From contig JAFZXC010000035.1 in NCBI GenBank assembly GCA_017616975.1, positions 1-49,528 of the forward strand: 49,528 nucleotides of DNA, in the 5' to 3' direction. The notes below the pieces were generated by a model. The model had not been told where the DNA came from and did not search any database. It saw nothing but the letters and a program-made list of their open reading frames with translations. Each line of letters starts with the position of its first letter. Position 1 is the first letter of the stretch. A program made the position numbers and the translations under genes. Shown in pieces: positions 21,002-31,421 of the stretch. The DNA is from Alphaproteobacteria bacterium. Its GTDB lineage: Bacteria > Pseudomonadota > Alphaproteobacteria > Rs-D84.

Positions 21002-23059
21002 ATGAATCCAGAAGAAATGAACGAAACGCCACAACAGGCAATTGAAAAATACACCACCGATTTTACTAAATTGGCGGCGGACGGAAAATTAGACCCGGTG
21101 ATTGGACGTGACGAAGAAATTCGCCGCACTATCCAGGTATTGTCCCGTCGAACCAAGAATAATCCGGTTTTGATTGGAAATCCGGGGGTTGGTAAAACCG
21201 CAATTGTCGAAGGTTTGGCAGAACGTATAATTTCACGGGATATTCCGGAAAACTTGCAAAATAAAAAGTTGTTGTCGTTGGATTTAGGGGCAATGATGGC
21301 GGGGGCAATGTTCCGTGGTCAATTCGAAGCCAGATTAAAGGCGATATTAAAAGCGGTTAAGGAAGCCAATGGACAAATCATTTTGTTCATCGATGAATTA
21401 CACACGTTGGTCGGTGCAGGCAAGGGCGAAGGTTCGATGGATGCTGGAAACCTGTTAAAGCCGATGTTGGCACGTGGTGAATTGCACTGTTTGGGGGCAA
21501 CGACATTGGATGAATATCGTCAATATATTGAAAAAGATCCGGCATGGGCACGTCGTTTTCAACCGGTTTATATCGAAGAACCAACGGTTGATGATACAAT
21601 TTCAATTCTGCGTGGATTGAAAGAAAAATACGAAGGTCATCATGGTGTTCGTATCGCAGACAGTGCGCTGGTTTCGGCGGTGAAATTGTCCGACCGATAT
21701 ATTACCGACCGTTTCTTGCCAGATAAAGCAATCGATTTGATTGACGAAGCGGCGGCTCGTGTTCGTATCGAAGTTTCATCTAAACCAGATGCGTTGGATG
21801 AAATTGACCATCGTTTAATGCAAATGAAAATCGAACAACAGGCATTAAAGAAAGAAAAAGACGATGATTCCAAAAAACGTCTTGAAATACTGGAAAAGCA
21901 AATTGCCGAATTGTCGGCGGAATCTGAGAATATGACGGCTGTGTGGCGTGCTGAACAAGAAAAAATGCATGGCCTGTCGGATGCAATGGCGTCGCTGGAT
22001 GCGGCCAAGGCAGAGGTTGCGGCTGCAATGCGCAGTGGCGATTATGAAAAGGCGTCTGCATTGCAATATGGCAAAATTCCAGAGTTAGAAGAAAAAATCA
22101 AGAAGATGAACGCAGAATCAAAAGAATATAAAACGGTTCTGCCGGAACATATCGCAGCGGTGGTCAGTAAATGGACTGGCGTCCCAGCCGACAGATTGAC
22201 CGTCGAAGAACAATCAAAACTTTTGAATATCGAAGATGAACTGCGCAGGCGTGTCGTCGGCCAAGACCATGTGTTGTCGGTCGTTGCCCGTGCAATTCGT
22301 CGTTCACGTGCAGGTCTGTCAGATCCACATCGTCCGTCCGGTTCATTTATGTTCTTGGGACCGACCGGGGTTGGTAAAACCGAAGTGGCCAAGGCGTTGG
22401 CAGAATATCTGTTTAATGACGATACTGCGATGACTCGAATTGATATGAGTGAATTTATGGAACCACATTCGGTGGCACGCTTAATCGGTGCGCCTCCGGG
22501 GTATGTGGGTTATGATGCCGGCGGTGTTTTGACCGAAAGTGTTCGTCGTCGTCCATACCAAGTCTTGTTGTTTGATGAAATTGAAAAAGCACACCCAGAT
22601 GTGTTCAATGTATTCTTGCAAATACTGGACGATGGTCGTTTGACTGATGGCCAAGGACACGTTGTGAACTTTACAAATACGATAATCATAATGACAAGTA
22701 ATTTGCCTGATATGGATGCTGTGCGGAAACGTTTCCGTCCAGAATTTATAAATCGTATTGATGAAATAGTGTTCTTTAATGCGTTGGGACGTGACGTTAT
22801 GGCGGACATTGTTAAAATCCAAATTCACAATTTGGAAAAGCGTTTGGCGGAACGTCGCATCACATTGGATATCAGTAAAAATGCAATTAAATGGTTGGCG
22901 GACAACGGATATGATTCTGTGTTTGGCGCACGACCATTAAAGCGACTGATTACATCGGCTGTGGAAGACAAAATTGCAGATTTAATTTTGTCTGGTGCGG
23001 TGGCAGATGGTGGCACTGTGTTTGTTGACACCCACGGCAAAGAATTGACGGTTAAATAA
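21002..23059 (+). CDS. clpB: ClpB-type AAA+ disaggregase lacking the N-terminal domain
   Basis: [56 protein letters not shown] aligns with E. coli ClpB from about residue 150. Second Walker A GPTGVGKT and a coiled-coil middle domain are present. Start taken at the ATG 7 nt after GGGG. Confidence 0.9.
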   Translation: MNPEEMNETPQQAIEKYTTDFTKLAADGKLDPVIGRDEEIRRTIQVLSRRTKNNPVLIGNPGVGKTAIVEGLAERIISRDIPENLQNKKLLSLDLGAMMAGAMFRGQFEARLKAILKAVKEANGQIILFIDELHTLVGAGKGEGSMDAGNLLKPMLARGELHCLGATTLDEYRQYIEKDPAWARRFQPVYIEEPTVDDTISILRGLKEKYEGHHGVRIADSALVSAVKLSDRYITDRFLPDKAIDLIDEAAARVRIEVSSKPDALDEIDHRLMQMKIEQQALKKEKDDDSKKRLEILEKQIAELSAESENMTAVWRAEQEKMHGLSDAMASLDAAKAEVAAAMRSGDYEKASALQYGKIPELEEKIKKMNAESKEYKTVLPEHIAAVVSKWTGVPADRLTVEEQSKLLNIEDELRRRVVGQDHVLSVVARAIRRSRAGLSDPHRPSGSFMFLGPTGVGKTEVAKALAEYLFNDDTAMTRIDMSEFMEPHSVARLIGAPPGYVGYDAGGVLTESVRRRPYQVLLFDEIEKAHPDVFNVFLQILDDGRLTDGQGHVVNFTNTIIIMTSNLPDMDAVRKRFRPEFINRIDEIVFFNALGRDVMADIVKIQIHNLEKRLAERRITLDISKNAIKWLADNGYDSVFGARPLKRLITSAVEDKIADLILSGAVADGGTVFVDTHGKELTVK

Positions 23060-23086
23060 AAAACGGGGCAAACGCCCCGTTTTTAT
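23057..23086. terminator. Bidirectional terminator (acggggc-aaac-gccccgt) between clpB and the ABC exporter
   Basis: Stem-loop flanked by an A-run and a T-run. Confidence 0.8.
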
Positions 23087-24888
23087 TTTGTTTTCTTGAA
23101 CTGGATATCACGTAATTTTTTATATTCACCGTTCTTTTTGCACAATTCAGCATCAGTTCCACTTTCGACGATTTGTCCGTCTTTGACAACGAATATCATG
23201 TCCGCATCCAATATGGTTGACAAGCGGTGCGCAATAATAAATGTTGTGCGCCCAACCATTAAATCTTGCAACGCAGATTGAATTAATTTTTCGCTTTTTG
23301 TGTCCAATGCAGATGTCGCTTCGTCCAATAACAATATCGGGGCATCTTTTAATATCGCACGTGCAATAGCAATACGTTGTTTTTGTCCACCAGATAACAA
23401 ACCGCCACCTTCGCCAACAGATGAATTATAACCTTGTGGGAATTCCATGATGAATTCATCAGCATTTGCCGCACGTGCAGCAGCGACAACTTCGTCATGT
23501 GTCGCATCGGGACGACCGTATTTAATGTTTTCTTCGATTGTGTCGTTAAACAAGAAAACATCTTGGGAAACTTCTGAAATGTTTTGGCGCAACGATTTCA
23601 ATGTGAACTTTTTAATATCGGTGCGATTGATTGTGATTTTCCCAGATTGTGGTTCATAAAAACGCTGAATCAAATTGAACATTGTGGTCTTACCACTGCC
23701 TGATTCACCAACAAAGGCACACATTGTTCCCGCCGGAACATGAAAGTTGATATCACGCAATACGGGTTCGTTCGGGTTGTATTCAAACGATACATGGTCA
23801 AATCCAACAGACATGTTTTTCGCCGTCAAAGGTTTGGCATCTGGGGCATCTGTGATGTCGGGTTTGCTGTCCAAGAATTCAAACAAAACTTCCGCAGCCA
23901 AAATACCGTGTTGCATTGATTCCCCAGTGCCAGTAATACTTTTTGCCGGACCATATGCGGCGGTCAGCGCAAGCAAGAATGCCGTAAAATCACCGGTTGT
24001 GATTGCGCCACTGGTAATAAAATGCCCACCCATAATCATCGCAATACACAGACCGATTGAAATTATAAATTCCATTAATGGTGAACGTAATGCGCCCGCC
24101 TGGGTGTTTTTATATGCGTTAATGTTAGATGTATTAACAACACGTTCAAAATTTTCTTGTTCACGTTCTTCGGTTGAAAATGATTGTATTGTTTTAATTC
24201 CACGTAATGTCTGATTTAAACACTGGGACACGTCATTAGCGATTTTGAATCCACGACGTGAAAGTTTGCGTTTGCGGCGCATGATCAGCATCATTGGTAA
24301 TAACAATGCCGGGGTCAAGAATAACAACACCACACACATTTGTGGCGCATAATAAACCATCAAAGCAACCGTCATCATCAATGTTGCGACGTTTTGTATA
24401 AATTTAACCACAGCGGTCGTCACAAGTGATAATACCGCACCCGCCTGGACCGAAAAGTAATTCAAATTTTTGCCAATTCCATCGCCATAGAATCGTGCAA
24501 GATTCATATGAATCATGTGTTTATAAATTCGATTTTGCAGACGCGCGTATGCAATTAAACCGCCCTTGGACATAATAAGTGCCTTGGCATATGTAAATAC
24601 ACCTTTTAATCCATACGCAATGATGATTTGTCCCGCCAGAAAATAAATAGCCGCCATCGATTTATCAATAAACGCCTTGTCTACAACCTGTTGAACAAGT
24701 GTGATCGTGTATGCTTCGGCCCCAGCAGCCAACACCGTTGCAATGATACCCGCAATCAACCACTTTAATTGTGGCAAACCGATTTCACGCCATACACGCC
24801 AATAAAGCGACCATTTAACACGGCCTTCTTCGGCATCATTTTTATTACCAAACAAAACGTTTTTTACTTTTTCTTTTATTTTTGCCAT
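23083..24888 (-). CDS. msbA: ABC exporter, fused permease/ATPase (MsbA-like lipid A flippase)
   Basis: Six-TM N-terminal half, Walker A GESGSGKTT, signature LSGGQKQRIAIARA, Walker B LLLDEATSALD. It is adjacent to a lipid A acyltransferase gene. Confidence 0.6.
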   Translation of the reverse strand: MAKIKEKVKNVLFGNKNDAEEGRVKWSLYWRVWREIGLPQLKWLIAGIIATVLAAGAEAYTITLVQQVVDKAFIDKSMAAIYFLAGQIIIAYGLKGVFTYAKALIMSKGGLIAYARLQNRIYKHMIHMNLARFYGDGIGKNLNYFSVQAGAVLSLVTTAVVKFIQNVATLMMTVALMVYYAPQMCVVLLFLTPALLLPMMLIMRRKRKLSRRGFKIANDVSQCLNQTLRGIKTIQSFSTEEREQENFERVVNTSNINAYKNTQAGALRSPLMEFIISIGLCIAMIMGGHFITSGAITTGDFTAFLLALTAAYGPAKSITGTGESMQHGILAAEVLFEFLDSKPDITDAPDAKPLTAKNMSVGFDHVSFEYNPNEPVLRDINFHVPAGTMCAFVGESGSGKTTMFNLIQRFYEPQSGKITINRTDIKKFTLKSLRQNISEVSQDVFLFNDTIEENIKYGRPDATHDEVVAAARAANADEFIMEFPQGYNSSVGEGGGLLSGGQKQRIAIARAILKDAPILLLDEATSALDTKSEKLIQSALQDLMVGRTTFIIAHRLSTILDADMIFVVKDGQIVESGTDAELCKKNGEYKKLRDIQFKKTK

Positions 24889-24901
24889 TTTTTTTCGTCC
24901 A

Positions 24902-25981
24902 TTATTTCCATCGTCTGTGCAACCACAGATATTCGTCTGGTTTGTTTTTGATTACACGGCTCATTGCATCATTAACCAACTTCATGCCATCTAAGATATC
25001 GGCGTTTTCATCGTCAGTATGTGGCATTTCTACAAATTCATCAAATACGATTTCATGATGCGCACCGTGTGTTCGTTCAACGTGCCCCACCAGCACCGGC
25101 AGGTTGAATTTTCGTGCCAATTGCGATACGCCGGTTGATGTGCGTGCCGGTACCCCGATAAATTCGATATATGGGGCATCGTGAATGCGTTGATCTGAAT
25201 TAATATCCAGAATTTCGCCGTTGCGCAATGCACGAACCATGGGAATAGCATTGCCGACCGGAATAAAGTATTCTTCGTTCACGTTGCCATAACCATAGTT
25301 TTGTAATAAAATATGATTTGTTAATGGGTTTGTTGCCTGTTTATACGTTGCAGCAAGGCGCAATCCGCTGTTCACAAATGCCAACGCCATAATTCCCATA
25401 GACCCAAAATGTGGCATTGCCAAAATGAACTGGGGTCGTTCGTGTATCATTTGTTTATTGCGATATGTTATGTATTTATCCATATGCTTGCGATATGTGG
25501 TAAATTTTAACCCTTCGACAAATGTGCGCCCCCAATTGTTCCACACACGTTTCATAAATTCATCGTTTGCGCAATCGGGCAAAGTCATTTCCAGGTTTTT
25601 GCGCATGGTATCTTGGCGGCTTTTTATTAATGGACCAAAAGTCTGTAATGCAGTGCCACCCAGCCATGATAAAACCGGCAACGGAAGAAAATAGAACAAA
25701 GCGTTCATTATTCGATATCCAAATAATTCACGTGGATGTTTCCAAATGCGCTTAATCGGTTTGTTTTGGCGACGAGATGTTATTTCAGGCCACGGGGCAA
25801 AAACGCCGATAATAGCCAATACAGCATAAATCGCCGCAATCGGCAAAAGGTATATTGCGTTTATGTTAAAAATGGCTGTGATTACCAGAAATGCGAAAAA
25901 AACATACGTCATTGGGGCAGACGCTTTCATCCCCTTGATTGTGCAAATCCACAGGCACGCAAACAAAAACAGCGTTATCAT
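24902..25981 (-). CDS. Lipid A biosynthesis lauroyl/myristoyl acyltransferase family protein (LpxL/HtrB-like) with an extra N-terminal TM region
   Basis: [12 protein letters not shown]..., the C-terminal [12 protein letters not shown] signature of the family, and a 13-nt gap to msbA. Confidence 0.65.
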   Translation of the reverse strand: MITLFLFACLWICTIKGMKASAPMTYVFFAFLVITAIFNINAIYLLPIAAIYAVLAIIGVFAPWPEITSRRQNKPIKRIWKHPRELFGYRIMNALFYFLPLPVLSWLGGTALQTFGPLIKSRQDTMRKNLEMTLPDCANDEFMKRVWNNWGRTFVEGLKFTTYRKHMDKYITYRNKQMIHERPQFILAMPHFGSMGIMALAFVNSGLRLAATYKQATNPLTNHILLQNYGYGNVNEEYFIPVGNAIPMVRALRNGEILDINSDQRIHDAPYIEFIGVPARTSTGVSQLARKFNLPVLVGHVERTHGAHHEIVFDEFVEMPHTDDENADILDGMKLVNDAMSRVIKNKPDEYLWLHRRWK

Positions 25982-26050
25982 TTGTATCCTTTTTCAATAA
26001 CATGGGCAATGTTAGCCAAAAGGGGTATTAAAATCAAGTGCACAAAGTAT

Positions 26051-26078
26051 TTGACAATTGGCATAAATAAATATAATA
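26051..26078 (+). promoter_or_regulatory. Sigma-70 promoter for tRNA-Ala(UGC)
   Basis: TTGACA, 16 nt, TATAAT; it ends about 24 nt before the tRNA. Confidence 0.65.
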
Positions 26079-26101
26079 TATGTGGGCTTTCAAAGAGTTT
26101 T

Positions 26102-26177
26102 GGGGTTGTAGCTCAGTTGGTAGAGCACCTGCTTTGCAAGCAGGGGGTCGTCAGTTCGAGTCTGATCAGCTCCACCA
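26102..26177 (+). tRNA. tRNA-Ala (anticodon UGC), CCA encoded
   Basis: GGGGTTG acceptor with G3:U70, anticodon loop ttTGCaa, T-loop ttcgagt. Confidence 0.92.
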
Positions 26178-26224
26178 AAACAATATATGAATACAAGTAT
26201 TCGCCAAAAGGGGGTGAATTATAT

Positions 26225-26431
26225 ATGGTAAAAGTTCTGGTTCGTGATAATAACGTTGAACAGGCATTACGTGTTGCAAAACGTAAATCACAAAAAGAAG
26301 GTCTGTATCGCGAAATGAAAGAACGCCAGCGTTATGAAAAACCAACAACAAAACGCAAACGTTTAAAAGAAGAAGCCGTTCGCAACGAAAAGAAACGTCA
26401 ATCAAAACAGCGTATGGTTTTCGGATTCTAA
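26225..26431 (+). CDS. rpsU: 30S ribosomal protein S21
   Basis: [40 protein letters not shown] is canonical S21. The tracked ORF 25736-26431 is a read-through artefact across the tRNA. Confidence 0.9.
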   Translation: MVKVLVRDNNVEQALRVAKRKSQKEGLYREMKERQRYEKPTTKRKRLKEEAVRNEKKRQSKQRMVFGF

Positions 26432-26436
26432 TTCAT

Positions 26437-26460
26437 CAAACCGCCCAAACGGGCGGTTTT
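26437..26460 (+). terminator. Terminator caaaccgcccaaacgggcggtttt (identical 24-mer also at 27395-27418)
   Basis: ccgccc-aaac-gggcgg stem plus T-run. Confidence 0.8.
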
Positions 26461-26474
26461 ATTTTTGCTTGTTT

Positions 26475-26485
26475 TGTGGTATAAT
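26475..26485 (+). promoter_or_regulatory. Extended -10 promoter element TGTGGTATAAT
   Basis: TGn-TATAAT, about 30 nt upstream of the ATG at 26519. Confidence 0.55.
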
Positions 26486-26518
26486 ATCCATATATATGTA
26501 CAAACAATGGGGGCGATT

Positions 26519-26830
26519 ATGGCAAAAAATCCAACTATTTTTGATCAAGCCATATATAACTTGGGCGAAAAAATAAATGAACGGCAACACAAAATAGATG
26601 TCTTGAAACGAGCAAATGCAGAATTACGTGAAGAAGTTGATTCTACGAACAGAAGTATGGACCGTATGTCATGGAATGACCGAGTTGACGCCAAAAATGA
26701 TATTCGTGATGCAGAAACTAAAATAAGAATAAATGATGAATATATCGAACAGTACACGAACGAAATAAAACAGTTTGAACAAGAAATCCAAGAACACATG
26801 AAATTAAAAGACCCGTCAAACGATCGTTAA
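26519..26830 (+). CDS. Small coiled-coil hypothetical protein (103 aa)
   Basis: ATG after GGGGGCG. Heptad-rich charged sequence. No motif recognised. Confidence 0.5.
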   Translation: MAKNPTIFDQAIYNLGEKINERQHKIDVLKRANAELREEVDSTNRSMDRMSWNDRVDAKNDIRDAETKIRINDEYIEQYTNEIKQFEQEIQEHMKLKDPSNDR

Positions 26831-26876
26831 TCATATCACAAACCGTCAATTTGGCGGTTTTGTTTTTGTACGATTT

Positions 26877-26887
26877 TGTGGTATAAT
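26877..26887 (+). promoter_or_regulatory. Second copy of the extended -10 element TGTGGTATAAT
   Basis: Same 11-mer in the same context (terminator, T-rich spacer, ttttgtggtataat) as at 26475. Confidence 0.55.
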
Positions 26888-26912
26888 AAGTAAAACACCA
26901 AGGGAGAAAACA

Positions 26913-27392
26913 ATGGCTGTTAAAAAATCTGTTAAAAAAACACCATCAAAAAAGAGCAACAGTGTTAAATACACAAGCATGTTTGCCGCATATCGTGCTT
27001 TCTGGCGTCGTGGATATACCGAATGGGCGGGAACGTCTTCGCGGTCCGAGTATTGGTTGTCATGGCTTGCCAATGTTTTGGTATGTATATTGTTTGCGAT
27101 TCTGTCCATTTTGGCTGTGGCCGTTGACAGTGCATTGTTCCAGTCGCCTGGGGCTTTTTCAGTTATAACGATGTTGGCGTTTTTGTTATTCGTGCTGGCG
27201 GCACTTGTTCCAGCCGTTTCTATGTTAACACGTCGTATGCATGATGCGGGTCTGTCGGCATGGTTTTGGTTGCTGTATTTGTTTTCGTTTGTGCCGTATA
27301 TCGGGTCATATGTATGGTGTATATCTGTATTGGTAATTGCATTGTTGCCAACAAAAACGGTTGATAATCCATATCACAAATTTAACAAATAA
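26913..27392 (+). CDS. DUF805-family inner membrane protein with a Lys-rich N-terminus
   Basis: RSEYWLSWLANVLV ... TRRMHDAGLSAWFWLL is the DUF805 (YhaH-like) signature. GGGAGAAA RBS. Confidence 0.7.
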   Translation: MAVKKSVKKTPSKKSNSVKYTSMFAAYRAFWRRGYTEWAGTSSRSEYWLSWLANVLVCILFAILSILAVAVDSALFQSPGAFSVITMLAFLLFVLAALVPAVSMLTRRMHDAGLSAWFWLLYLFSFVPYIGSYVWCISVLVIALLPTKTVDNPYHKFNK

Positions 27393-27394
27393 AA

Positions 27395-27418
27395 CAAACC
27401 GCCCAAACGGGCGGTTTT
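27395..27418. terminator. Bidirectional terminator (identical 24-mer to 26437-26460)
   Basis: caaaccgcccaaacgggcggtttt between the DUF805 gene and the bamA stop. Confidence 0.8.
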
Positions 27419-27421
27419 TTA

Positions 27422-29674
27422 TTAGAACTGGGTTTCAAATGATAACAAGAATTTGCGTTCTTGGTCATATTTGTTCATTTTTAACGGCCAACCCCAACTG
27501 AAATTCATTGGTCCCATCGGGGTGTTCCAATAGATACCAAATCCGGCGGATGTGCGCCAATCGCTGTCCAGGTGAACATATGGATTTGATTCATCAAGAT
27601 TCTTGGTTGGTGGTTTTCCCAAAATACCATAGTCCATGAACACGAAGCCTTTGACTTGGTATTCGTCAGGGATAAATATCGGGAAGTTCATTTGTGTTGA
27701 GCCGTTAACCTTCCATGTGCCGCCCAATGCATAATTGCCAACCCGAGAACCAACACCGGCAATATCAAAACCACGCAAACTTTCACCGCCCAAGAAATAG
27801 CGATAAACACGTGATATATAATCGCCGTCTAATGATTGCAGATAACCAAAGTCAAGTGATGTGCGTAACTGCCAACGGTCGTCCAAGAATTTAACCATTG
27901 CGGTAATGTCGCCAGAATAGCGCATATATGTTTCGGTTCCGCCAAATCCAGTATATGCAACGCCCAAATTACCAACGATGCCCGTATGGGTATTTTGTTG
28001 GAAATTAGTGTTCAAATTATAATACCGGAAATTTGTTCCCAATGTGTAAAGTTGCGCATCATACCAACCGCCGACCTGTAAGTCATAGTTTTGATCAAAA
28101 GATGCCGACAAACGCATTGTTTGTGACCAGTGATCTGTCAGTTTCCAACCCAATCGTCCCGCAATCGTCAAAGAATCACGATCGTAATTAAATGAACCCA
28201 ATGACGAATAGTCATACATGGTATATGACACATCAAACCCGGCGGACAATTGACGCCCAAAAAGGAACGGCTCGGTAAAACTGAATAATGCTTGTTTTTG
28301 GTACTGGGCAATAGATGCACGTAATTGCACCGTTTGTCCACGTCCCATAAAGTTGTTTTCTGTAATGCCCGCATCAACCATAAACCCATTGATGTTTGAC
28401 CAACCAATGCCACCCGATAATTCGCCGGTGGGTTGTTCTTCGACACGAATGTCTAAATTCATCATATTCGCATCAGCCACACGTGTCGGTGTCATTTGAA
28501 CTTCTTTGAAATAGCGGGTCCGCATAAGATTTTGACGACCTTCTTCAATTGTTTGCAAAGAAAAAGGATCGCCTTCACGCATGGGCAATAATTGTTCAAT
28601 CACAGAATCAAACGTACGCACATTGCCCAAAATGTTGATAGTGTTCAGGTAAATACGATTTGTCTTTTGAATTTGATAAACCAAATCAACCGTTTTCGTT
28701 TCCGCATTTTTTGTTGGAATTGGTTCAACATTTATAAATGCGTATCCATAATCAGCAACCGCCCCACGCAACGCAGATACCGTTGATTCTATTTCAGATG
28801 CATTATATGTGTCCCCGGATTCTGTCTTGATTACACGTTTTAATTTGCGTTCAGGCACATCGTCGAACGGATTATCAATTTTAATTTCACCGAATTTGTA
28901 TTTTTCGCCTTCGTCTACGTCAAAAACAACAGAATAGTATTGGCGATCCGGGCTGAATGTGCCATTGATGTTTTTGACATTAAAATCGACATAACCATTG
29001 TTCAAATAAAACTGACGAAGCATTTGACCATCGTATTGTATACGATCTTCGTCAAATACATCGAATTGCGTCATAAACCGCCACCACGCATGTTCCCGTG
29101 ATAAAATTTCGCCACGCAATGTGCGGTCGCTGAATTTTTTGTTGCCAGTAAAATCGATGTCGGTGATATATGTCGGGTGGCCTTCGCTTATTTCATAGAC
29201 GACATTTACACGATTGTCGGCAAGTTCGATTTTCTTTGGGTCAACCTTGGTTCCAAAGAATCCTTTGCGTTGGTATATTGTCAAAATGCGCTGGACATCG
29301 GCGCCAATGGTTGCTTCGTCAAACGAAGCACGTTCTTTTAATCGAATTTCTTTCTTTAAATCGTCGGTGGAAATTTCATCATTACCTTCGACCGTCACCA
29401 TGTTAACAATAGGTGATTCATCAAGTTTTATTTTTAATATGTTTCCCGACATTTGAACGTCGACACGGGAAAAATAACCGCTTTCCTGTAATTTTTTGGC
29501 AATTTGATTTGTTGTTGTGGCGGTGACGTTGTCGCCGACTTTGACCCCCGTCAGTATTCGCACAGATTCGGCGTCCATACGTTTGTTGCCGGTCACATCA
29601 ATGCGTGAAACCGTTGCCGCATTTGATATAATCGGGAATAGGGTTGCGAATAAAACAAATAACAATCTTTTCAT
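27422..29674 (-). CDS. bamA: Outer membrane protein assembly factor BamA
   Basis: Signal peptide, POTRA repeats (ISRIDVTGNKRMDAESV...), and a C-terminal beta-barrel ending ...LLSFETQF. Conserved position after rseP. Confidence 0.9.
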   Translation of the reverse strand: MKRLLFVLFATLFPIISNAATVSRIDVTGNKRMDAESVRILTGVKVGDNVTATTTNQIAKKLQESGYFSRVDVQMSGNILKIKLDESPIVNMVTVEGNDEISTDDLKKEIRLKERASFDEATIGADVQRILTIYQRKGFFGTKVDPKKIELADNRVNVVYEISEGHPTYITDIDFTGNKKFSDRTLRGEILSREHAWWRFMTQFDVFDEDRIQYDGQMLRQFYLNNGYVDFNVKNINGTFSPDRQYYSVVFDVDEGEKYKFGEIKIDNPFDDVPERKLKRVIKTESGDTYNASEIESTVSALRGAVADYGYAFINVEPIPTKNAETKTVDLVYQIQKTNRIYLNTINILGNVRTFDSVIEQLLPMREGDPFSLQTIEEGRQNLMRTRYFKEVQMTPTRVADANMMNLDIRVEEQPTGELSGGIGWSNINGFMVDAGITENNFMGRGQTVQLRASIAQYQKQALFSFTEPFLFGRQLSAGFDVSYTMYDYSSLGSFNYDRDSLTIAGRLGWKLTDHWSQTMRLSASFDQNYDLQVGGWYDAQLYTLGTNFRYYNLNTNFQQNTHTGIVGNLGVAYTGFGGTETYMRYSGDITAMVKFLDDRWQLRTSLDFGYLQSLDGDYISRVYRYFLGGESLRGFDIAGVGSRVGNYALGGTWKVNGSTQMNFPIFIPDEYQVKGFVFMDYGILGKPPTKNLDESNPYVHLDSDWRTSAGFGIYWNTPMGPMNFSWGWPLKMNKYDQERKFLLSFETQF

Positions 29675-29675
29675 A

Positions 29676-30734
29676 TTACATCAGTCCAAATACACGTGCC
29701 AAATCGTTCCACATAGTAAGCAAAAACAGGGCAATAATAAATAACCATCCGCATGTAATGGCCAATTCCATGCCTTTGCCACCAAGTTTACGACCAATTA
29801 TGGCTTCGACTATCAAAATTAAAAGATATCCACCATCCAATACTGGCAACGGCAACAGGTTGATAATTGCCAGGTTGACCGATAACAATGCGATAATAGA
29901 AAGCAGGGCAAAGAACCCAGCCGCCATGGCGTTCCCGGAAACCTGGGCGATGGTGATGAACGAACCCAATTGTTTGCTGGAACGTTCGCCCGTTATAATT
30001 TGCTTTAACACCGTCAGCAATGTCTTAGATTGATAGTATGTTTCACGTGCCCCAGAATATATCGCACCAAAAAATCCCTTGCGACGAAATTCGGTTTTGC
30101 TGCCGTCGGCGACAAGCCCCCAACGTTCCGCCGGGGCAAGATTTGTGGTGAATTTTCCACTTGTCCGTTCAACCGTGACAACCGCATCACGTGCAGAAGC
30201 CAATTCTTTGGCAATAATCAATTCACCCCAATTTGTGATGTGTTTGCCGTCTATGTATGTTATTTTGTCACCGGGTTTAATGCCGGCATCAAATGCGACG
30301 CTTTCCCGGATAACCTGGCCGATGACGGGTAATTGAACCTGTTTGGGATGAAACATAAATGTTGCCGAATAAATCCCCCACGCAAGCAAGAAATTCATCG
30401 TGACACCGGCGGCAATTATAATAAACTGTTTCCATGGGCGCACAGATAGATAATGCCCCTGTTTTTTTTCTGGGGATAATTCTTGGTATTTTTTGCGGTC
30501 GAACATGTCTTCTTGGCCGTAAATGGAAACATAGCCGCCCAACGGAATACATGCCAATTGCCACTGGGTTCCACGTTTATCATGCCATTTTGCAATCGCC
30601 GGACCAAAACCAATAGAAAAAGTATTCACACGCACACCCGCCCATCGTGCCGCCAAAAAATGCCCCAGTTCGTGAATAAATACCACAACCCCCAAGACAA
30701 TCAGCAATGCAAAAATGGTCGAAATAAAATGCAT
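29676..30734 (-). CDS. rseP: RIP metalloprotease RseP (site-2 protease)
   Basis: HELGHFLAAR motif, a PDZ-like middle region and NLLPLPVLDGG. Confidence 0.9.
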   Translation of the reverse strand: MHFISTIFALLIVLGVVVFIHELGHFLAARWAGVRVNTFSIGFGPAIAKWHDKRGTQWQLACIPLGGYVSIYGQEDMFDRKKYQELSPEKKQGHYLSVRPWKQFIIIAAGVTMNFLLAWGIYSATFMFHPKQVQLPVIGQVIRESVAFDAGIKPGDKITYIDGKHITNWGELIIAKELASARDAVVTVERTSGKFTTNLAPAERWGLVADGSKTEFRRKGFFGAIYSGARETYYQSKTLLTVLKQIITGERSSKQLGSFITIAQVSGNAMAAGFFALLSIIALLSVNLAIINLLPLPVLDGGYLLILIVEAIIGRKLGGKGMELAITCGWLFIIALFLLTMWNDLARVFGLM

Positions 30735-30758
30735 GTTTGATTCCTTTGCCTGATACCT

Positions 30759-31409
30759 TTACATCATTACAAACCATATAAGTGGCAATGCATAAATCCA
30801 CCCATCAAAGCGGTCCAAGAAACCACCGTGTCCCGGAATTATGTTGCCAAAGTCTTTTAATTTTAACCGACGTTTAATCCAACTGGCAGTTAAGTCGCCA
30901 TATTGCGATAACAACGAAACGCTTATGCCAATCCACAACAATTGTGGGAAAAATGTATCTGCGCCCAATAATCCGTACATAACCGATGCGATTGTTCCAC
31001 AAATAATACCGGCAATTTGTCCCGCCCATGTTTTGTTTGGAGAAATGCGTTCCCACATTTTATCGCCACCAAAAAGGTTGCCGAAAAACCATCCACCAAT
31101 ATCCGCAGAACATATTATCATAAGCAACAATAACATTTTCCATGGATGTGCACCAACTGCGTATGCAGCAAACAAAACGATAATCAACCACGCCAGAAAT
31201 AATGGGAATACGATGTAATTATAATTTTTGTTTATCAAATCGAACTTTGTCCGTTTGACCGCCAAAAACATTTCAATAATCATGCCCAGTGCGATTATAA
31301 CCGATATCCAGCGCACCGCCGGAACGCCCCAGCCCTGTAAAAGTGCAATCAGGCCGATAATGCCCGCCATAACAATTCCGGCAATAATACGTTTTGTTGT
31401 GTTTGTCAT
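30759..31409 (-). CDS. cdsA: Phosphatidate cytidylyltransferase
   Basis: GDLTASWIKRRLKLKDFGNIIPGHGGFLDRFD signature. Confidence 0.88.
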   Translation of the reverse strand: MTNTTKRIIAGIVMAGIIGLIALLQGWGVPAVRWISVIIALGMIIEMFLAVKRTKFDLINKNYNYIVFPLFLAWLIIVLFAAYAVGAHPWKMLLLLMIICSADIGGWFFGNLFGGDKMWERISPNKTWAGQIAGIICGTIASVMYGLLGADTFFPQLLWIGISVSLLSQYGDLTASWIKRRLKLKDFGNIIPGHGGFLDRFDGWIYALPLIWFVMM

Positions 31410-31421
31410 ATCATACTCCGT

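Noticed and set aside
25736-26224. Upstream 163 codons of the tracked ORF 25736-26431
   Set aside because: The frame reads straight through the acyltransferase gene antisense, the tRNA promoter and tRNA-Ala(UGC). Only the last 68 codons (S21) are real.
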